The position numbers were made by a program, and so were the translations under genes. The notes under the pieces were generated by a model. It saw only the letters and a list, made by a program, of their open reading frames with translations. It searched no databases and was not told the DNA's origin. Below, one piece after another: positions 31,701 to 47,978 of a stretch of DNA of 64,000 bases. Within the stretch, counting starts at the first letter, position 1; the number at the start of each line of letters is the position of its first letter. Source of the DNA: Eledone cirrhosa (lineage: Eukaryota). Location: positions 295,368,001-295,432,000 of the forward strand of contig OZ024740.1 in assembly GCA_964016885.1 (NCBI GenBank), read 5' to 3'.

Positions 31701-34700
31701 AACACCTTACAAACACAGATCTTAACCAACACCTTACAAACACAGATCTTAACCAACACCTTACAAACACAGATCTTAACTAACACCTTACAAACACAGA
31801 TCTTAACCAACACCTTATAAACACAGATCTTAACCAACACCTTACAAACACAGATCTTAACCAACACCTTACAAACACAGATCTTAACCAACACCTTACA
31901 AACACAGATCTTAACCAACACCTTACAAACACAGATCTTAACCAACACCTTACAAAAACAGATCTTAACCAACACGTTACAAACACAGATCTTAACCAAC
32001 ACCTTACAAACAGATCTTAACCAACACCTTACAAACACAGATCTTAACCAACACCTTACAAACACAGATCTTAACCAACATCTTACATACACAGATCTTA
32101 ACCAAAACCTTACATACACAGATCTTAACCAACACCTTACAAACACAGATCTTAACCAACACCTTACAAACACAGATCTTAACCAACACCTTACATACAC
32201 AGATCTTAACCAACACCTTAGAAACACAGCTCTTAAACAACACCTTACAAACACAGTTCTTTACCAACACCTTACAAACACAGATCTTAACCAACACCTT
32301 ACAAACAGATCTTAACCAACACCTTACAAACACAGATCTTAACCAACACCTTACAAACACAGATCTTAACCAACACCTTACAAACACAGATCTTAACCAA
32401 CACATTACAAACACAGATCTTAACCAACACCTTACAAACACAGATCTTAACCAACACCTTACAAACACAGATCTTAACCAACACCTTACATACACAGATC
32501 TTAACCAACACCTTACAAACACAGATCTTAACCAACACCTTACAAACACAGATCTTAACCAACACCTTACAAACACAGATCTTAACCAGCAGCTTACAAA
32601 CAGATCTTAACCAACACCTTACAAACACAGATCCTAACCAACACCTTACAAACACAGATCTTAACCAACACCTTACAAACACAGATCTTAACCAACACCT
32701 TACAAACAGATCTTAACCAACACCTTACAAACACAGATCTTAACCAACACATTACAAACACAGATCTTTACCAACACCTTACAAACACAGATCTTAACCA
32801 ACACCTTACAAACACAGATCTTAACCAACACCTTACAAAAACAGATCTTAACCAACACCTTACAAACACAGATCTTAACCAACACATTACAAACACAGAT
32901 CTTAACCAACACCTTACAAACACAGATCTTAACCAACACATTACAAACACAGATCTTAACCAACAACTTACAAACACAGATCTTAACCAACACCTTACAA
33001 ACACAGATCTTAACCAACACCTTACAAACACAGATCTTAACCAACACCATACAAACACAGATCTTAACCAACACCTTACAAACACAGATCTTAACCAACA
33101 CCATACAAACACAGATCTTAACCAACACCTTACAAACACAGATCTTAACCAACACCTTACAAACACAGATCTTAACCAACACCTTACATACACAGATCTT
33201 AACCAACACCTTACAAACACAGATCTTAACCAACACCTTAAAAACACAGATCTTAACCAACACCTTACAAACACAGATCTTTACCAACACCTTACAAACA
33301 CAGATCTTAACCAACACCATACAAACACAGATCTTAACCAACACCTTACAAACACAGATCTTAAGCAACACCTTACATACACAGATCTTAACCAACACCT
33401 TACAAACATAGATCTTAACCAACACCTTACAAACACAGATCTTAACCAACACCTTACAAACAGATCTTAACCAACACCTTACAAACACAGATCTTAACCA
33501 ACACATTACACACACAGATCTTTACCAACACCTTACAAACACAGATCTTAACCAACATCATACAAACACAGATCTTAACCAACACCTTACAAACACAGAT
33601 CTTAAGCAACACCTTACATACACAGATCTTAACCAACACCTTACAAACACAGATCTTAACCAACACATTACAAACACAGATCTTAACCAACACCTTACAA
33701 ACACAGATCTTAACCAACACATTACAAACACAGATCTTAACCAACACCTTACAAACACAGATATTAACCAACACCTTACAAACACAGATCTTAACCAACA
33801 CTTTACAAACACAGATCTTAACCAACAGCTTACAAACAGATCTTAACCAACACCTTACAAACACAGATCTTAACCAACACCTTACAAACACAGATCTTTA
33901 CCAACACCTTACAAACACAGATCTTAACCAACACCTTACAAACACAGATCTTAACCAACACCTTACAAACACAGATCTTAACCAACACCTTACAAACACA
34001 GATCTTAACCAACACCTTACAAACACAGCTCTTAACCAACACCTTACAAACACAGTTCTTTACCAACACCTTACAAACACAGATCTTAACCAACACCTTA
34101 CAAACAGATCTTAACCAACACCTTACAAACACAGATCTTAACCAACACCTTACAAACACAGATCTTAACCAACACCTTACAAACACAGATCTTAACCAAC
34201 ACATTACAAACAGATCTTAACCAACACCTTACAAACACAGATCTTAACCAACACCTTACAAACACAGATCTTAACCAACACCTTACATACACAGATCTTA
34301 ACCAACACCTTACAAACACAGATCTTAACCAACACCTTACAAACAAAGATCTTAACCAACACCTTACAAACACAGATCTTAACCAGCAGCTTACAAACAG
34401 ATCTTAACCAACACCTTACAAACACAGATCTTAACCAACACCTTACAAACACAGATCTTTACCAACACCTTACAAACACAGATCTTAACCAACACCATAC
34501 AAACACAGATCTTAACCAACACCTTACAAACACAGATCTTAAGCAACACCTTACATACACAGATCTTAACCAACACCTTACAAACACAGATCTTAACCAA
34601 CACCTTACAAACACAGATCTTAACCAACACCTTACAAACAGATCTTAACCAACACCTTACAAACACAGATCTTAACCAACACATTACAAACACAGATCTT

Positions 34701-37700
34701 AACCAACACATTACAAACACAGATCTTAACCAACACCTTACAAACACAGATCTTAACCAACACATTACAAACACAGATCTTAACCAACACCTTACAAACA
34801 CAGATCTTAACCAACACCTTACAAACACAGATCTTAACCAACACCTTACAAACACAGATCTTAACCAACACCTTACAAACACAGATCTTAACCAACACAT
34901 TACAAACACAGATCTTAATGAACACATTACAAACACAGATCTTAACCAACACCTTACAAACACAGATCTTAACCAACACATTACAAACACAGATCTTAAC
35001 CAACACCTTACAAACACAGATCTTAACCAACACCTTACAAACACAGATCTTAACCAACACCTTACAAACACAGATCTTAACCAACACCTTACAAACACAG
35101 ATCTTAACCAACACATTACAAACACAGATCTTAACCAACACATTACAAACACAGATCTTAACCAACACCTTACAAACACAGATCTTAACCAACACATTAC
35201 AAACACAGATCTTAACCAACACCTTACAAACACAGATCTTAACCAACACCTTACAAACACAGATCTTAACCAACACCTTACAAACACAGATCTTAACCAA
35301 CACCTTACAAACACAGATCTCAACCAACACCTTACAAACACAGATCTTGACCAACACATTACAAACACAGATCTTAACCAACACCTTACAAACACAGATC
35401 TTAACCAACACATTACAAACACAGATCTTAACCAACACCTTACAAACACAGATCTTAACCAACACCTTACAAACACAGATCTTAACCAACACCTTACAAA
35501 CACAGATCTTAACTAACACCTTACAAACACAGATCTTAACCAACACCTTATAAACACAGATTTTAACCAACACCTTACAAACACAGATCTTAACCAACAC
35601 CTTACAGACACAGATCTTAACCAACACCTTACAAACATAGATCTTAACCAACACTTTACAAACACAGATCTTAACCATCAGCTTACAAACAGATCTTAAC
35701 CAACACCTTACAAACACAGATCTTAACCAACACCTTACAAACACAGATCTTTACCAACACCTTACAAACACAGATCTTAACCAACACCATACAAACACAG
35801 ATCTTAACCAACACCTTACAAACACAGATCTTAAGCAACACCTTACATACACAGATCTTAACCAACACCTTACAAACACAGATCTTAACCAACACCTTAC
35901 AAACACAGATCTTAACCAACACCTTACAAACAGATCTTAACCAACACCTTACAAACACAGATCTTAACCAACACATTACACACACAGATCTTTACCAACA
36001 CCTTACAAACACAGATCTTAACCAACACCATACAAACACAGATCTTAACCAACACCTTACAAACACAGATCTTAATCAACACCTTACATACACAGATCTT
36101 AACCAACACCTTACAAACACAGATCTTAACCAACACATTACAAACACAGATCTTAACCAACACCTTACAAACACAGATCTTAACCAACACCTTACAAACA
36201 CAGATCTTAACCAACACCTTACAAACACAGATCTTAACCAACACCTTACAAACACAGATCTTAACCAACACATTACAAACACAGATCTTAACCAACACAT
36301 TACAAACACAGATCTTAACCAACACCTTACAAACACAGATCTTAACCAACACCTTACAAACACAGATCTTAACCAACACTTTACAAACACAGATCTTAAC
36401 CAACAGCTTACAAACAGATCTTAACCAACACCTTACAAACACAGATCTTAACCAACACCTTACAAACACAGATCTTTACCAACACCTTACAAACACAGAT
36501 CTTAACCAACACCTTACAAACACAGATCTTAACCAACACCTTACAAACACAGATCTTAACCAACACCTTACAAACACAGATCTTAACCAACACATTACAA
36601 ACACAGATCTTAACCAACACCTTACAAACACAGATCTTAACCAACACATTACAAACACAGATCTTAACCAACACCTTACAAACACAGATCTTAACCAACA
36701 CCTTACAAACACAGATCTTAACCAACACCTTACAAACACAGATCTTAACTAACACCTTACAAACACAGATCTTAACCAACACCTTATAAACACAGATCTT
36801 AACCAACACCTTACAAACACAGATCTTAACCAACACCTTACAAACACAGATCTTAACCAACACCTTACAAACACAGATCTTAACCAACACCTTACAAACA
36901 CAGATCTTAACCAACACCTTACAAAAACAGATCTTAACCAACACGTTACAAACACAGATCTTAACCAACACCTTACAAACAGATCTTAACCAACACCTTA
37001 CAAACACAGATCTTAACCAACACCTTACAAACACAGATCTTAACCAACACCTTACATACACAGATCTTAACCAAAACCTTACATACACAGATCTTAACCA
37101 ACACCTTACAAACACAGATCTTAACCAACACCTTACAAACACAGATCTTAACCAACACCTTACATACACAGATCTTAACCAACACCTTAGAAACACAGCT
37201 CTTAACCAACACCTTACAAACACAGTTCTTTACCAACACCTTACAAACACAGATCTTAACCAACACCTTACAAACAGATCTTAACCAACACCTTACAAAC
37301 ACAGATCTTAACCAACACCTTACAAACACAGATCTTAACCAACACCTTACAAACACAGATCTTAACCAACACATTACAAACACAGATCTTAACCAACACC
37401 TTACAAACACAGATCTTAACCAACACCTTACAAACACAGATCTTAACCAACACCTTACATACACAGATCTTAACCAACACCTTACAAACACAGATCTTAA
37501 CCAACACCTTACAAACACAGATCTTAACCAACACCTTACAAACACAGATCTTAACCAGCAGCTTACAAACAGATCTTAACCAACACCTTACAAACACAGA
37601 TCTTAACCAACACCTTACAAACACAGATCTTAACCAACACCTTTCAAACACAGATCTTAACCAACACCTTACAAACAGATCTTAACCAACACCTTACAAA

Positions 37701-40700
37701 CACAGATCTTAACCAACACATTACAAACACAGATCTTTACCAACACCTTACAAACACAGATCTTAACCAACACCTTACAAACACAGATCTTAACCAACAC
37801 CTTACAAAAACAGATCTTAACCAACACCTTACAAACACAGATCTTAACCAACACATTACAAACACAGATCTTAACCAACACCTTACAAACACAGATCTTA
37901 ACCAACACATTACAAACACAGATCTTAACCAACAACTTACAAACACAGATCTTAACCAACACCTTACAAACACAGATCTTAACCAACACTTTACAAACAC
38001 AGATCTTAACCAACACCTTACAAACAGATCTTAACCAATACCTTACAAACACAGATCTTAACCAACACCTTACAAACACAGATCTTAACCAACAGCTTAC
38101 ATACACAGATCTTAACCAACACCTTACAAACACAGATCTTAACCAACACATTACAAACACAGATCTTTACCAACACCTTACAAACACAGATCTTAACCAA
38201 CACCTTACAAACACAGATCTTAACCAACACCTTACAAAAACAGATCTTAACCAACACCTTACAAACACAGATCTTAACCAACACCTTACAAACACAGATC
38301 TTAACCAACACCTTACATACACAGATCTTAACCAACACCTTACATACACAGATCTTAACCAACACCTTACAAACACAGATCTTAACCAACACCTTACAAA
38401 CACAGATCTTATCCAACACCTTACAAACAGATCTTAACCAACACCTTACAAACACAGATCTTAACCAACACATTACAAACACAGATCTTTTCCAACACCT
38501 TACAAACACAGATCTTAACCAACACCTTACAAACACAGATCTTAACCAACACCTTACAAACACAGATCTTAACCAACACCTTACAAACACAGATCTTAAC
38601 CAACACATTACAAACACAGATCTTAACCAACACCTTACAAACACAGATCTTAACCAACACATTACAAACACAGATCTTAACCAACACCTTACAAACACAG
38701 ATCTTAACCAACACCTTACAAACATAGATCTTAACCAACACTTTACAAACACAGATCTTAACCATCAGCTTACAAACAGATCTTAACCAACACCTTACAA
38801 ACACAGATCTTAACCAACACCTTACAAACACAGATCTTTACCAACACCTTACAAACACAGATCTTAACCAACACCATACAAACACAGATCTTAACCAACA
38901 CCTTACAAACACAGATCTTAAGCAACATCTTACATACACAGATCTTAACCAACACCTTACAAACACAGATCTTAACCAACACCTTACAAACACAGATCTT
39001 AACCAACACCTTACAAACAGATCTTAACCAACACCTTACAAACACAGATCTTAACCAACACCTTACAAACACAGATCTTAACCAACACCTTACAAACACA
39101 GATCTTAACCAACACCTTACAAACACAGATCTTAACCAACACATTACAAACACAGATCTTAACCAACACATTACAAACACAGATCTTAACCAACACCTTA
39201 CAAACACAGATCTTAACCAACACATTACAAACACAGATCTTAACCAACACCTTACAAACACAGATCTTAACCAACACCTTACAAACACAGATCTTAACCA
39301 ACACCTTACAAACACAGATCTTAACCAACACCTTACAAACACAGATCTTAACCAACACCTTACAAAAACAGATCTTAACCAACACGTTACAAACACAGAT
39401 CTTAACCAACACCTTACAAACAGATCTTAACCAACACCTTACAAACACAGATCTTAACCAACACCTTACAAACACAGATCTTAACCAACACCTTACATAC
39501 ACAGATCTTAACCAAAACCTTACATACACAGATCTTAACCAACACCTTACAAACACAGATCTTAACCAACACCTTACAAACACAGATCTTAACCAACACC
39601 TTACATACACAGATCTTAACCAACACCTTAGAAACACAGCTTTTAACCAACACCTTACAAACACAGTTCTTTACCAACACCTTACAAACACAGATCTTAA
39701 CCAACACCTTACAAACAGATCTTAACCAACACCTTACAAACACAGATCTTAACCAACACCTTACAAACACAGATCTTAACCAACACCTTACAAACACAGA
39801 TCTTAACCAACACATTACAAACACAGATCTTAACCAACACCTTACAAACACAGATCTTAACCAACACCTTACAAACACAGATCTTAACCAACACCTTACA
39901 TACACAGATCTTAACCAACACCTTACAAACACAGATCTTAACCAACACCTTACAAACACAGATCTTAACCAACACCTTACAAACACAGATCTTAACCAGC
40001 AGCTTACAAACAGATCTTAACCAACACCTTACAAACACAGATCTTAACCAACACCTTACAAACACAGATCTTAACCAACACCTTACAAACACAGATCTTA
40101 ACCAACACCTTACAAACAGATCTTAACCAACACCTTACAAACACAGATCTTAACCAACACATTACAAACACAGATCTTTACCAACACCTTACAAACACAG
40201 ATCTTAACCAACACCTTACAAACACAGATCTTAACCAACACCTTACAAAAACAGATCTTAACCAACACCTTACAAACACAGATCTTAACCAACACATTAC
40301 AAACACAGATCTTAACCAACACCTTACAAACACAGATCTTAACCAACACATTACAAACACAGATCTTAACCAACACCTTACAAACACAGATCTTAACCAA
40401 CACCTTACAAACACAGATCTTAACCAACACTTTACAAACACAGATCTTAACCAACACCTTACAAACAGATCTTAACCAACACCTTACAAACACAGATCTT
40501 AACCAACACCTTACAAACACAGATCTTAACCAACACCTTACATACACAGATCTTAACCAACACCTTACAAACACAGATCTTAACCAACACATTACAAACA
40601 CAGATCTTTACCAACACCTTACAAACACAGATCTTAACCAACACCTTACAAACACAGATCTTAACCAACACCTTACAAAAACAGATCTTAACCAACACCT

Positions 40701-43700
40701 TACAAACACAGATCTTAACCAACACCTTACAAACACAGATCTTAACCAACACCTTACATACACAGATCTTAACCAACACCTTACATACACAGATCTTAAC
40801 CAACACCTTACGAACACAGATCTTAACCAACACCTTACAAACACAGATCTTATCCAACACCTTACAAACAGATCTTAACCAACACATTACAAACACAGAT
40901 CTTTTCCAACACCTTACAAACACAGATCTTAACCAACACCTTACAAACACAGATCTTAACCAACACCTTACAAACACAGATCTTAACCAACACCTTACAA
41001 ACACAGATCTTAACCAACACATTACAAACACAGATCTTAACCAACACCTTACAAACACAGATCTTAACCAACACATTACAAACACAGATCTTAACCAACA
41101 CCTTACAAACACAGATCTTAACCAACACCTTACAAACATAGATCTTAACCAACACTTTACAAACACAGATCTTAACCATCAGCTTACAAACAGATCTTAA
41201 CCAACACCTTACAAACACAGATCTTAACCAACACCTTACAAACACAGATCTTTACCAACACCTTACAAACACAGATCTTAACCAACACCATACAAACACA
41301 GATCTTAACCAACACCTTACAAACACAGATCTTAAGCAACACCTTACATACACAGATCTTAACCAACACCTTACAAACACAGATCTTAACCAACACCTTA
41401 CAAACACAGATCTTAACCAACACCTTACAAACAGATCTTAACCAACACCTTACAAACACAGATCTTAACCAACACCTTACAAACACAGATCTTAACCAAC
41501 ACCTTACAAACACAGATCTTAACCAACACCTTACAAACACAGATCTTAACCAACACATTACAAACACAGATCTTAACCAACACATTACAAACACAGATCT
41601 TAACCAACACCTTACAAACACAGATCTTAACCAACACCTTACAAACACAGATCTTAACCAACACCTTACAAACACAGATCTTAACCAACACCTTACAAAC
41701 ACAGATCTTAACCAACACTTTACAAACACAGATCTTAACCAACAGCTTACAAACAGATCTTAACCAACACCTTACAAACACAGATCTTAACCAACACCTT
41801 ACAAACACAGATCTTTACCAACACCTTACAAACACAGATCTTAACCAACACCTTACAAACACAGATCTTAACCAACACCTTACAAACACAGATCTTAACC
41901 AACACCTTACAAACACAGATCTTAACCAACACATTACAAACACAGATCTTAACCAACACCTTACAAACACAGATCTTAACCAACACATTACAAACACAGA
42001 TCTTAACCAACACCTTACAAACACAGATCTTAACCAACACCTTACAAACACAGATCTTAACTAACACCTTACAAACACAGATCTTAACCAACACCTTATA
42101 AACACAGATCTTAACCAACACCTTACAAACACAGATCTTAACCAACACCTTACAAACACAGATCTTAACCAACACCTTACAAACACAGATCTTAACCAAC
42201 ACCTTACAAACACAGATCTTAACCAACACCTTACAAAAACAGATCTTAACCAACACGTTACAAACACAGATCTTAACCAACACCTTACAAACAGATCTTA
42301 ACCAACACCTTACAAACACAGATCTTAACCAACACCTTACAAACACAGATCTTAACCAACACCTTACATACACAGATCTTAACCAAAACCTTACATACAC
42401 AGATCTTAACCAACACCTTACAAACACAGATCTTAACCAACACCTTACAAAGACAGATCTTAACCAACACCTTACATACACAGATCTTAACCAACACCTT
42501 AGAAACACAGCTCTTAACCAACACCTTACAAACACAGTTCTTTACCAACACCTTACAAACACAGATCTTAACCAACACCTTACAAACAGATCTTAACCAA
42601 CACCTTACAAACACAGATCTTAACCAACACCTTACAAACACAGATCTTAACCAACACCTTACAAACACAGATCTTAACCAACACATTACAAACACAGATC
42701 TTAACCAACACCTTACAAACACAGATCTTAACCAACACCTTACAAACACAGATCTTAACCAACACCTTACATACACAGATCTTAACCAACACCTTACAAA
42801 CACAGATCTTAACCAACACCTTACAAACACAGATCTTAACCAACACCTTACAAACACAGATCTTAACCAGCAGCTTACAAACAGATCTTAACCAACACCT
42901 TACAAACACAGATCTTAACCAACACCTTACAAACACAGATCTTAACCAACACCTTACAAACACAGATCTTAACCAACACCTTACAAACAGATCTTAACCA
43001 ACACCTTACAAACACAGATCTTAACCAACACATTACAAACACAGATCTTTACCAACACCTTACAAACACAGATCTTAACCAACACCTTACAAACACAGAT
43101 CTTAACCAACACCTTACAAAAACAGATTTTAACCAACACCTTACAAACACAGATCTTAACCAACACATTACAAACACAGATCTTAACCAACACCTTACAA
43201 ACACAGATCTTAACCAACACCTTACAAACACAGATCTTAACCAACACCATACAAACACAGATCTTAACCAACACCTTACAAACACAGATCTTAACCAACA
43301 CCTTACAAACACAGATCTTAACCAACACCTTACATACACAGATCTTAACCAACACCTTACAAACACAGATCTTAACCAACACCTTAAAAACACAGATCTT
43401 AACCAACACCTTACAAACACAGATCTTTACCAACACCTTACAAACACAGATCTTAACCAACACCATACAAACACAGATCTTAACCAACACCTTACAAACA
43501 CAGATCTTAAGCAACACCTTACATACACAGATCTTAACCAACACCTTACAAACATAGATCTTAACCAACACCTTACAAACACAGATCTTAACCAACACCT
43601 TACAAACAGATCTTAACCAACACCTTACAAACACAGATCTTAACCAACACATTACACACACAGATCTTTACCAACACCTTACAAACACAGATCTTAACCA

Positions 43701-46243
43701 ACACCATACAAACACAGATCTTAACCAACACCTTACAAACACAGATCTTAAGCAACACCTTACATACACAGATCTTAACCAACACCTTACAAACACAGAT
43801 CTTAACCAACACATTACAAACACAGATCTTAACCAACACCTTACAAACACAGATCTTAACCAACACATTACAAACACAGATCTTAACCAACACCTTACAA
43901 ACACAGATCTTAACCAACACCTTACAAACACAGATCTTAACCAACACTTTACAAACACAGATCTTAACCAACAGCTTACAAACAGATCTTAACCAACACC
44001 TTACAAACACAGATCTTAACCAACACCTTACAAACACAGATCTTTACCAACACCTTACAAACACAGATCTTAACCAACACCTTACAAACACAGATCTTAA
44101 CCAACACCTTACAAACACAGATCTTAACCAACACCTTACAAACACAGATCTTAACCAACACATTACAAACACAGATCTTAACCAACACCTTACAAACACA
44201 GATCTTAACCAACACATTACAAACACAGATCTTAACCAACACCTTACAAACACAGATCTTAACCAACACCTTACAAACACAGATCTTAACCAACACCTTA
44301 CAAACACAGATCTTAACCAACACCTTACAAACACAGCTCTTAACCAACACCTTACAAACACAGTTCTTTACCAACACCTTACAAACACAGATCTTAACCA
44401 ACACCTTACAAACACAGATCTTAACCAACACCTTACAAACACAGATCTTAACCAACACCTTACAAACACAGATCTTAACCAACACCTTACAAACACAGAT
44501 CTTAACCAACACATTACAAACAGATCTTAACCAACACCTTACAAACACAGATCTTAACCAACACCTTACAAACACAGATCTTAACCAACACCTTACATAC
44601 ACAGATCTTAACCAACACCTTACAAACACAGATCTTAACCAACACCTTACAAACACAGATCTTAACCAACACCTTACAAACACAGATCTTAACCAGCAGC
44701 TTACAAACAGATCTTAACCAACACCTTACAAACACAGATCTTAACCAACACCTTACAAACACAGATCTTTACCAACACCTTACAAACACAGATCTTAACC
44801 AACACCATACAAACACAGATCTTAACCAACACCTTACAAACACAGATCTTAAGCAACACCTTACATACACAGATCTTAACCAACACCTTACAAACACAGA
44901 TCTTAACCAACACCTTACAAACACAGATCTTAACCAACACCTTACAAACAGATCTTAACCAACACCTTACAAACACAGATCTTAACCAACACATTACAAA
45001 CACAGATCTTAACCAACACATTACAAACACAGATCTTAACCAACACCTTACAAACACAGATCTTAACCAACACATTACAAACACAGATCTTAACCAACAC
45101 CTTACAAACACAGATCTTAACCAACACCTTACAAACACAGATCTTAACCAACACCTTACAAACACAGATCTTAACCAACACCTTACAAACACAGATCTTA
45201 ACCAACACATTACAAACACAGATCTTAATGAACACATTACAAACACAGATCTTAACCAACACCTTACAAACACATATCTTAACCAACACATTACAAACAC
45301 AGATCTTAACCAACACCTTACAAACACAGATCTTAACCAACACCTTACAAACACAGATCTTAACCAACACCTTACAAACACAGATCTTAACCAACACCTT
45401 ACAAACACAGATCTTAACCAACACATTACAAACACAGATCTTAACCAACACATTACAAACACAGATCTTAACCAACACCTTACAAACACAGATCTTAACC
45501 AACACCTTACAAACACAGATCTTAACCAACACCTTACAAACACAGATCTTAACCAACACCTTACAAACACAGATCTCAACCAACACCTTACAAACACAGA
45601 TCTTGACCAACACATTACAAACACAGATCTTAACCAACACCTTACAAACACAGATCTTAACCAACACCTTACAAACACAGCTCTTCACCAACACATTACA
45701 AACACAGTTCTTTACCAACACCTTACAAACACAGATCTTAACCAACATCTTACAAACAGATCTTAACCAACACCTTACAAACACAGATCTTAACCAACAC
45801 CTTACAAACACAGATCTTAACCAACACCTTACAAACACAGATCTTAACCAACACCTTACATACACAGATCTTAACCAACACCTTACAAACGCAGCTCTTA
45901 ACCAACACCTTACAAACACAGTTCTTTACCAACACCTTACAAACACAGATCTTAACCAACACCTTACAAACACAGGTCTTAACCAACACCTTACAAACAC
46001 AGATCTTAACCAACACCTTACAAACACAGATCTTAATCAACACCTTACATACACAGATCTTAACCAACACCTTACAAACGCAGCTCTTAACCAACACCTT
46101 ACAAACACAGATCTTAACCAACACCTTACAAACAGATCTTAACCAACACCTTACAAACACAGATCTTAACCAACACCTTACAAACACAGATCTTAACCAA
46201 CACTTTACAGACAGATCTTAACCAACACCTTACAAACACAGCT
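25781..46243. repeat. 27-bp satellite GATCTTAACCAACACCTTACAAACACA (~760 units; BglII AGATCT in most units; 25-bp CA-deletion variants)
   Basis: Continuous tandem array; recurrent variant haplotypes define higher-order repeats. Confidence 0.98.
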
Positions 46244-46254
46244 CATATGAACCT

Positions 46255-46352
46255 AGAGGTTAACTTTGCCTTTCATCCTTACGGGGTCGATAAAATAAAG
46301 TACCAGTAATGTACTGGGTAATTGCTGGCCTTGTGCCTAATGTAGAAACAAT
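46255..46352 (+). mobile_element. SINE 3' fragment
   Basis: GAGGTTAACTTTGCCTTTCATCCTTACGGGGTCGATAAAATAAAGTACCAGT...GCTGGCCTTGTGCC matches other copies in the window. Confidence 0.85.
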
Positions 46353-46490
46353 TATTTTCATATAAAGTAGCTTGATTAAAGAAAATAAAAGAATATGTAA
46401 AAAAAATAAATGGTGGTATTTCTTTTCGATTGTAAGGGTTTAAAATATACGAAGTTGTTGAAATATTAGGGTTTGTATAGAAATATTTAA

Positions 46491-46614
46491 GCCGTCAAAT
46501 TGGCAGATGGTTAGAACATCTGATAGAATGCTATGCGGTATTGTTTGCGACACTTTACTCTCTGAATTCAAATTCCGCCTTTCATCCATTTAAGGTCGAT
46601 AAAAGAGTACTAGT
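46491..46614 (+). mobile_element. Diverged tRNA-derived SINE
   Basis: A-box-like TTGGCAGATGGTTAGAAC, B-box-like GAATTCAAATTCC, then CCTTTCATCC..GGTCGATAAAA core. Confidence 0.7.
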
Positions 46615-46671
46615 CTATATCTCTTTCTCACTTCTTTCCTCACACTCTTCTCTCATTCTATCCTTCTCTGT

Positions 46672-46780
46672 AAGAAATCCACTGGAGAGGAGATGGGCTC
46701 CGCCAGTATTTAAAATGCCCTAGAAACGCCGTATGTCGATATGGTGACCCTTCGACTCCCGTGGGAGTTACGGGTCCATA
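46672..46780 (+). mobile_element. Short dispersed element, probable Penelope pLTR remnant; related copy inverted at 50765-50880
   Basis: GAGATGGGCTCCGCCAG..TTTAAAAT..GATATGG..terminal hairpin aligns by eye to the reverse complement of 50765-50880; degenerate CTGGAGA...GAAAC hammerhead-like core. Confidence 0.4.
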
Positions 46781-47843
46781 TATACATACATACAAATGCT
46801 CGCATTTTAATTATATTGAAGTTTATCTTGCTCATTTATATATTGCACATTTCTGCTGCTTGTATATTTAAATATGGAATAATAGGAAATTATGAACTAA
46901 ATATTCATATAAACATATTGGGGATATTTCATATGATGACGACAGCTCATACTGGGAGTATTTCATATAATGACCACAGCTCATATGGGTATTTTAGATT
47001 ATATACACAGCTCATTTTTGGGGTATTTCAAAGAGATCAATGTATTTACTATCTTACTATCTTAGTTCTAATAGCGAAATCAACACCTGAAGCCTGTATT
47101 GTATCTTCTTTTTTCCCTGACCAGAAGAATGTATAACCCCACCTTTCTCCTCAAGCAGTCCATAAGCAGGAACTCGAGTTTTACTTAGTGCTGTTATGTC
47201 TATGTTATACTCATTTAATATCTTTGACACAAGATCTGTTTATCTCACTAATGAGTCTGTGCTATTCTGAAGGTTTCGGACATTCCAAGAACCAAACTTT
47301 TATGTGATTTTTTTGTCTTTGTCTTTATTTGTGTTTCGACCGCATAGTGGATAACCAGTTAACCGCAGTAAGATGACAGGTCTTTACGGGCATGCAATTT
47401 TTAGGGCTTCCTTTCTCGTTCCCTCCCAATTAAGGGAAAACAGTGCATTGAATAAACAGACATGCTTTGTCACCCAGCAGAGTACACAAGCAGCTGAATT
47501 GCTACCATCTGCTGAGTCGTCAAACTCTGCAGCGCACCAGCTAAGGACTACTAGTAGTAGTATCTACTTGTCACTCCATCACTAGAGGACGTTTCGTTAA
47601 AAAAAAACCAACACACACACGCCCCCCCCCCCCACACACACATATGTATATATACATACACATATACGCAACAATTACAGATCCACTTTCGATACCCGAC
47701 CCTAAATCTTGGATCACAGTATACCTTGTTCTCAATACTGATGTCCATCCTTGACTATTATATATAAATGTATACACAGCAAAAAAAAAAAAATGCATTA
47801 AAATAAATTCTTTTTATATGCACTATTTAAATTATGTAAACAG

Positions 47844-47861
47844 TTTTTGGGACACCCTGTA
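47844..47861 (-). mobile_element. Orphan Tc1/mariner-type terminal inverted repeat + TA
   Basis: Reverse complement TA-CAGGGTGTCCCAAAAA, a typical Tc1/mariner terminus; no partner TIR found. Confidence 0.5.
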
Positions 47862-47931
47862 TATATATATATAAAATAAAATAAATAAGTCAAATAAATA
47901 AGTCAAATGTTTAAAATTTGGCTTCGTTTAT

Positions 47932-47978
47932 TACTGCTCGGTGACAGTCATCTTTGGCTGTGACCTCTTCAGGCAGTA
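47932..47978 (-). ncRNA. Decayed hammerhead ribozyme (stem III and cleavage site deleted)
   Basis: Minus strand TACTGC-CTGAAGA-GGTCACAGCC..GACTGTCACC-GA-GCAGTA, overlapping a downstream AATAAA; 6-bp stem I and imperfect stem II. Confidence 0.5.

Noticed and set aside
25717-46187. Cys-rich VKICVCKVL / RCWLRSVFV ORFs
   Set aside because: Translations of the 27-bp satellite, repeatedly frameshifted by 25-bp units.
25781-46243. CRISPR-like regular repeats
   Set aside because: No unique spacers, no cas genes, eukaryotic context.
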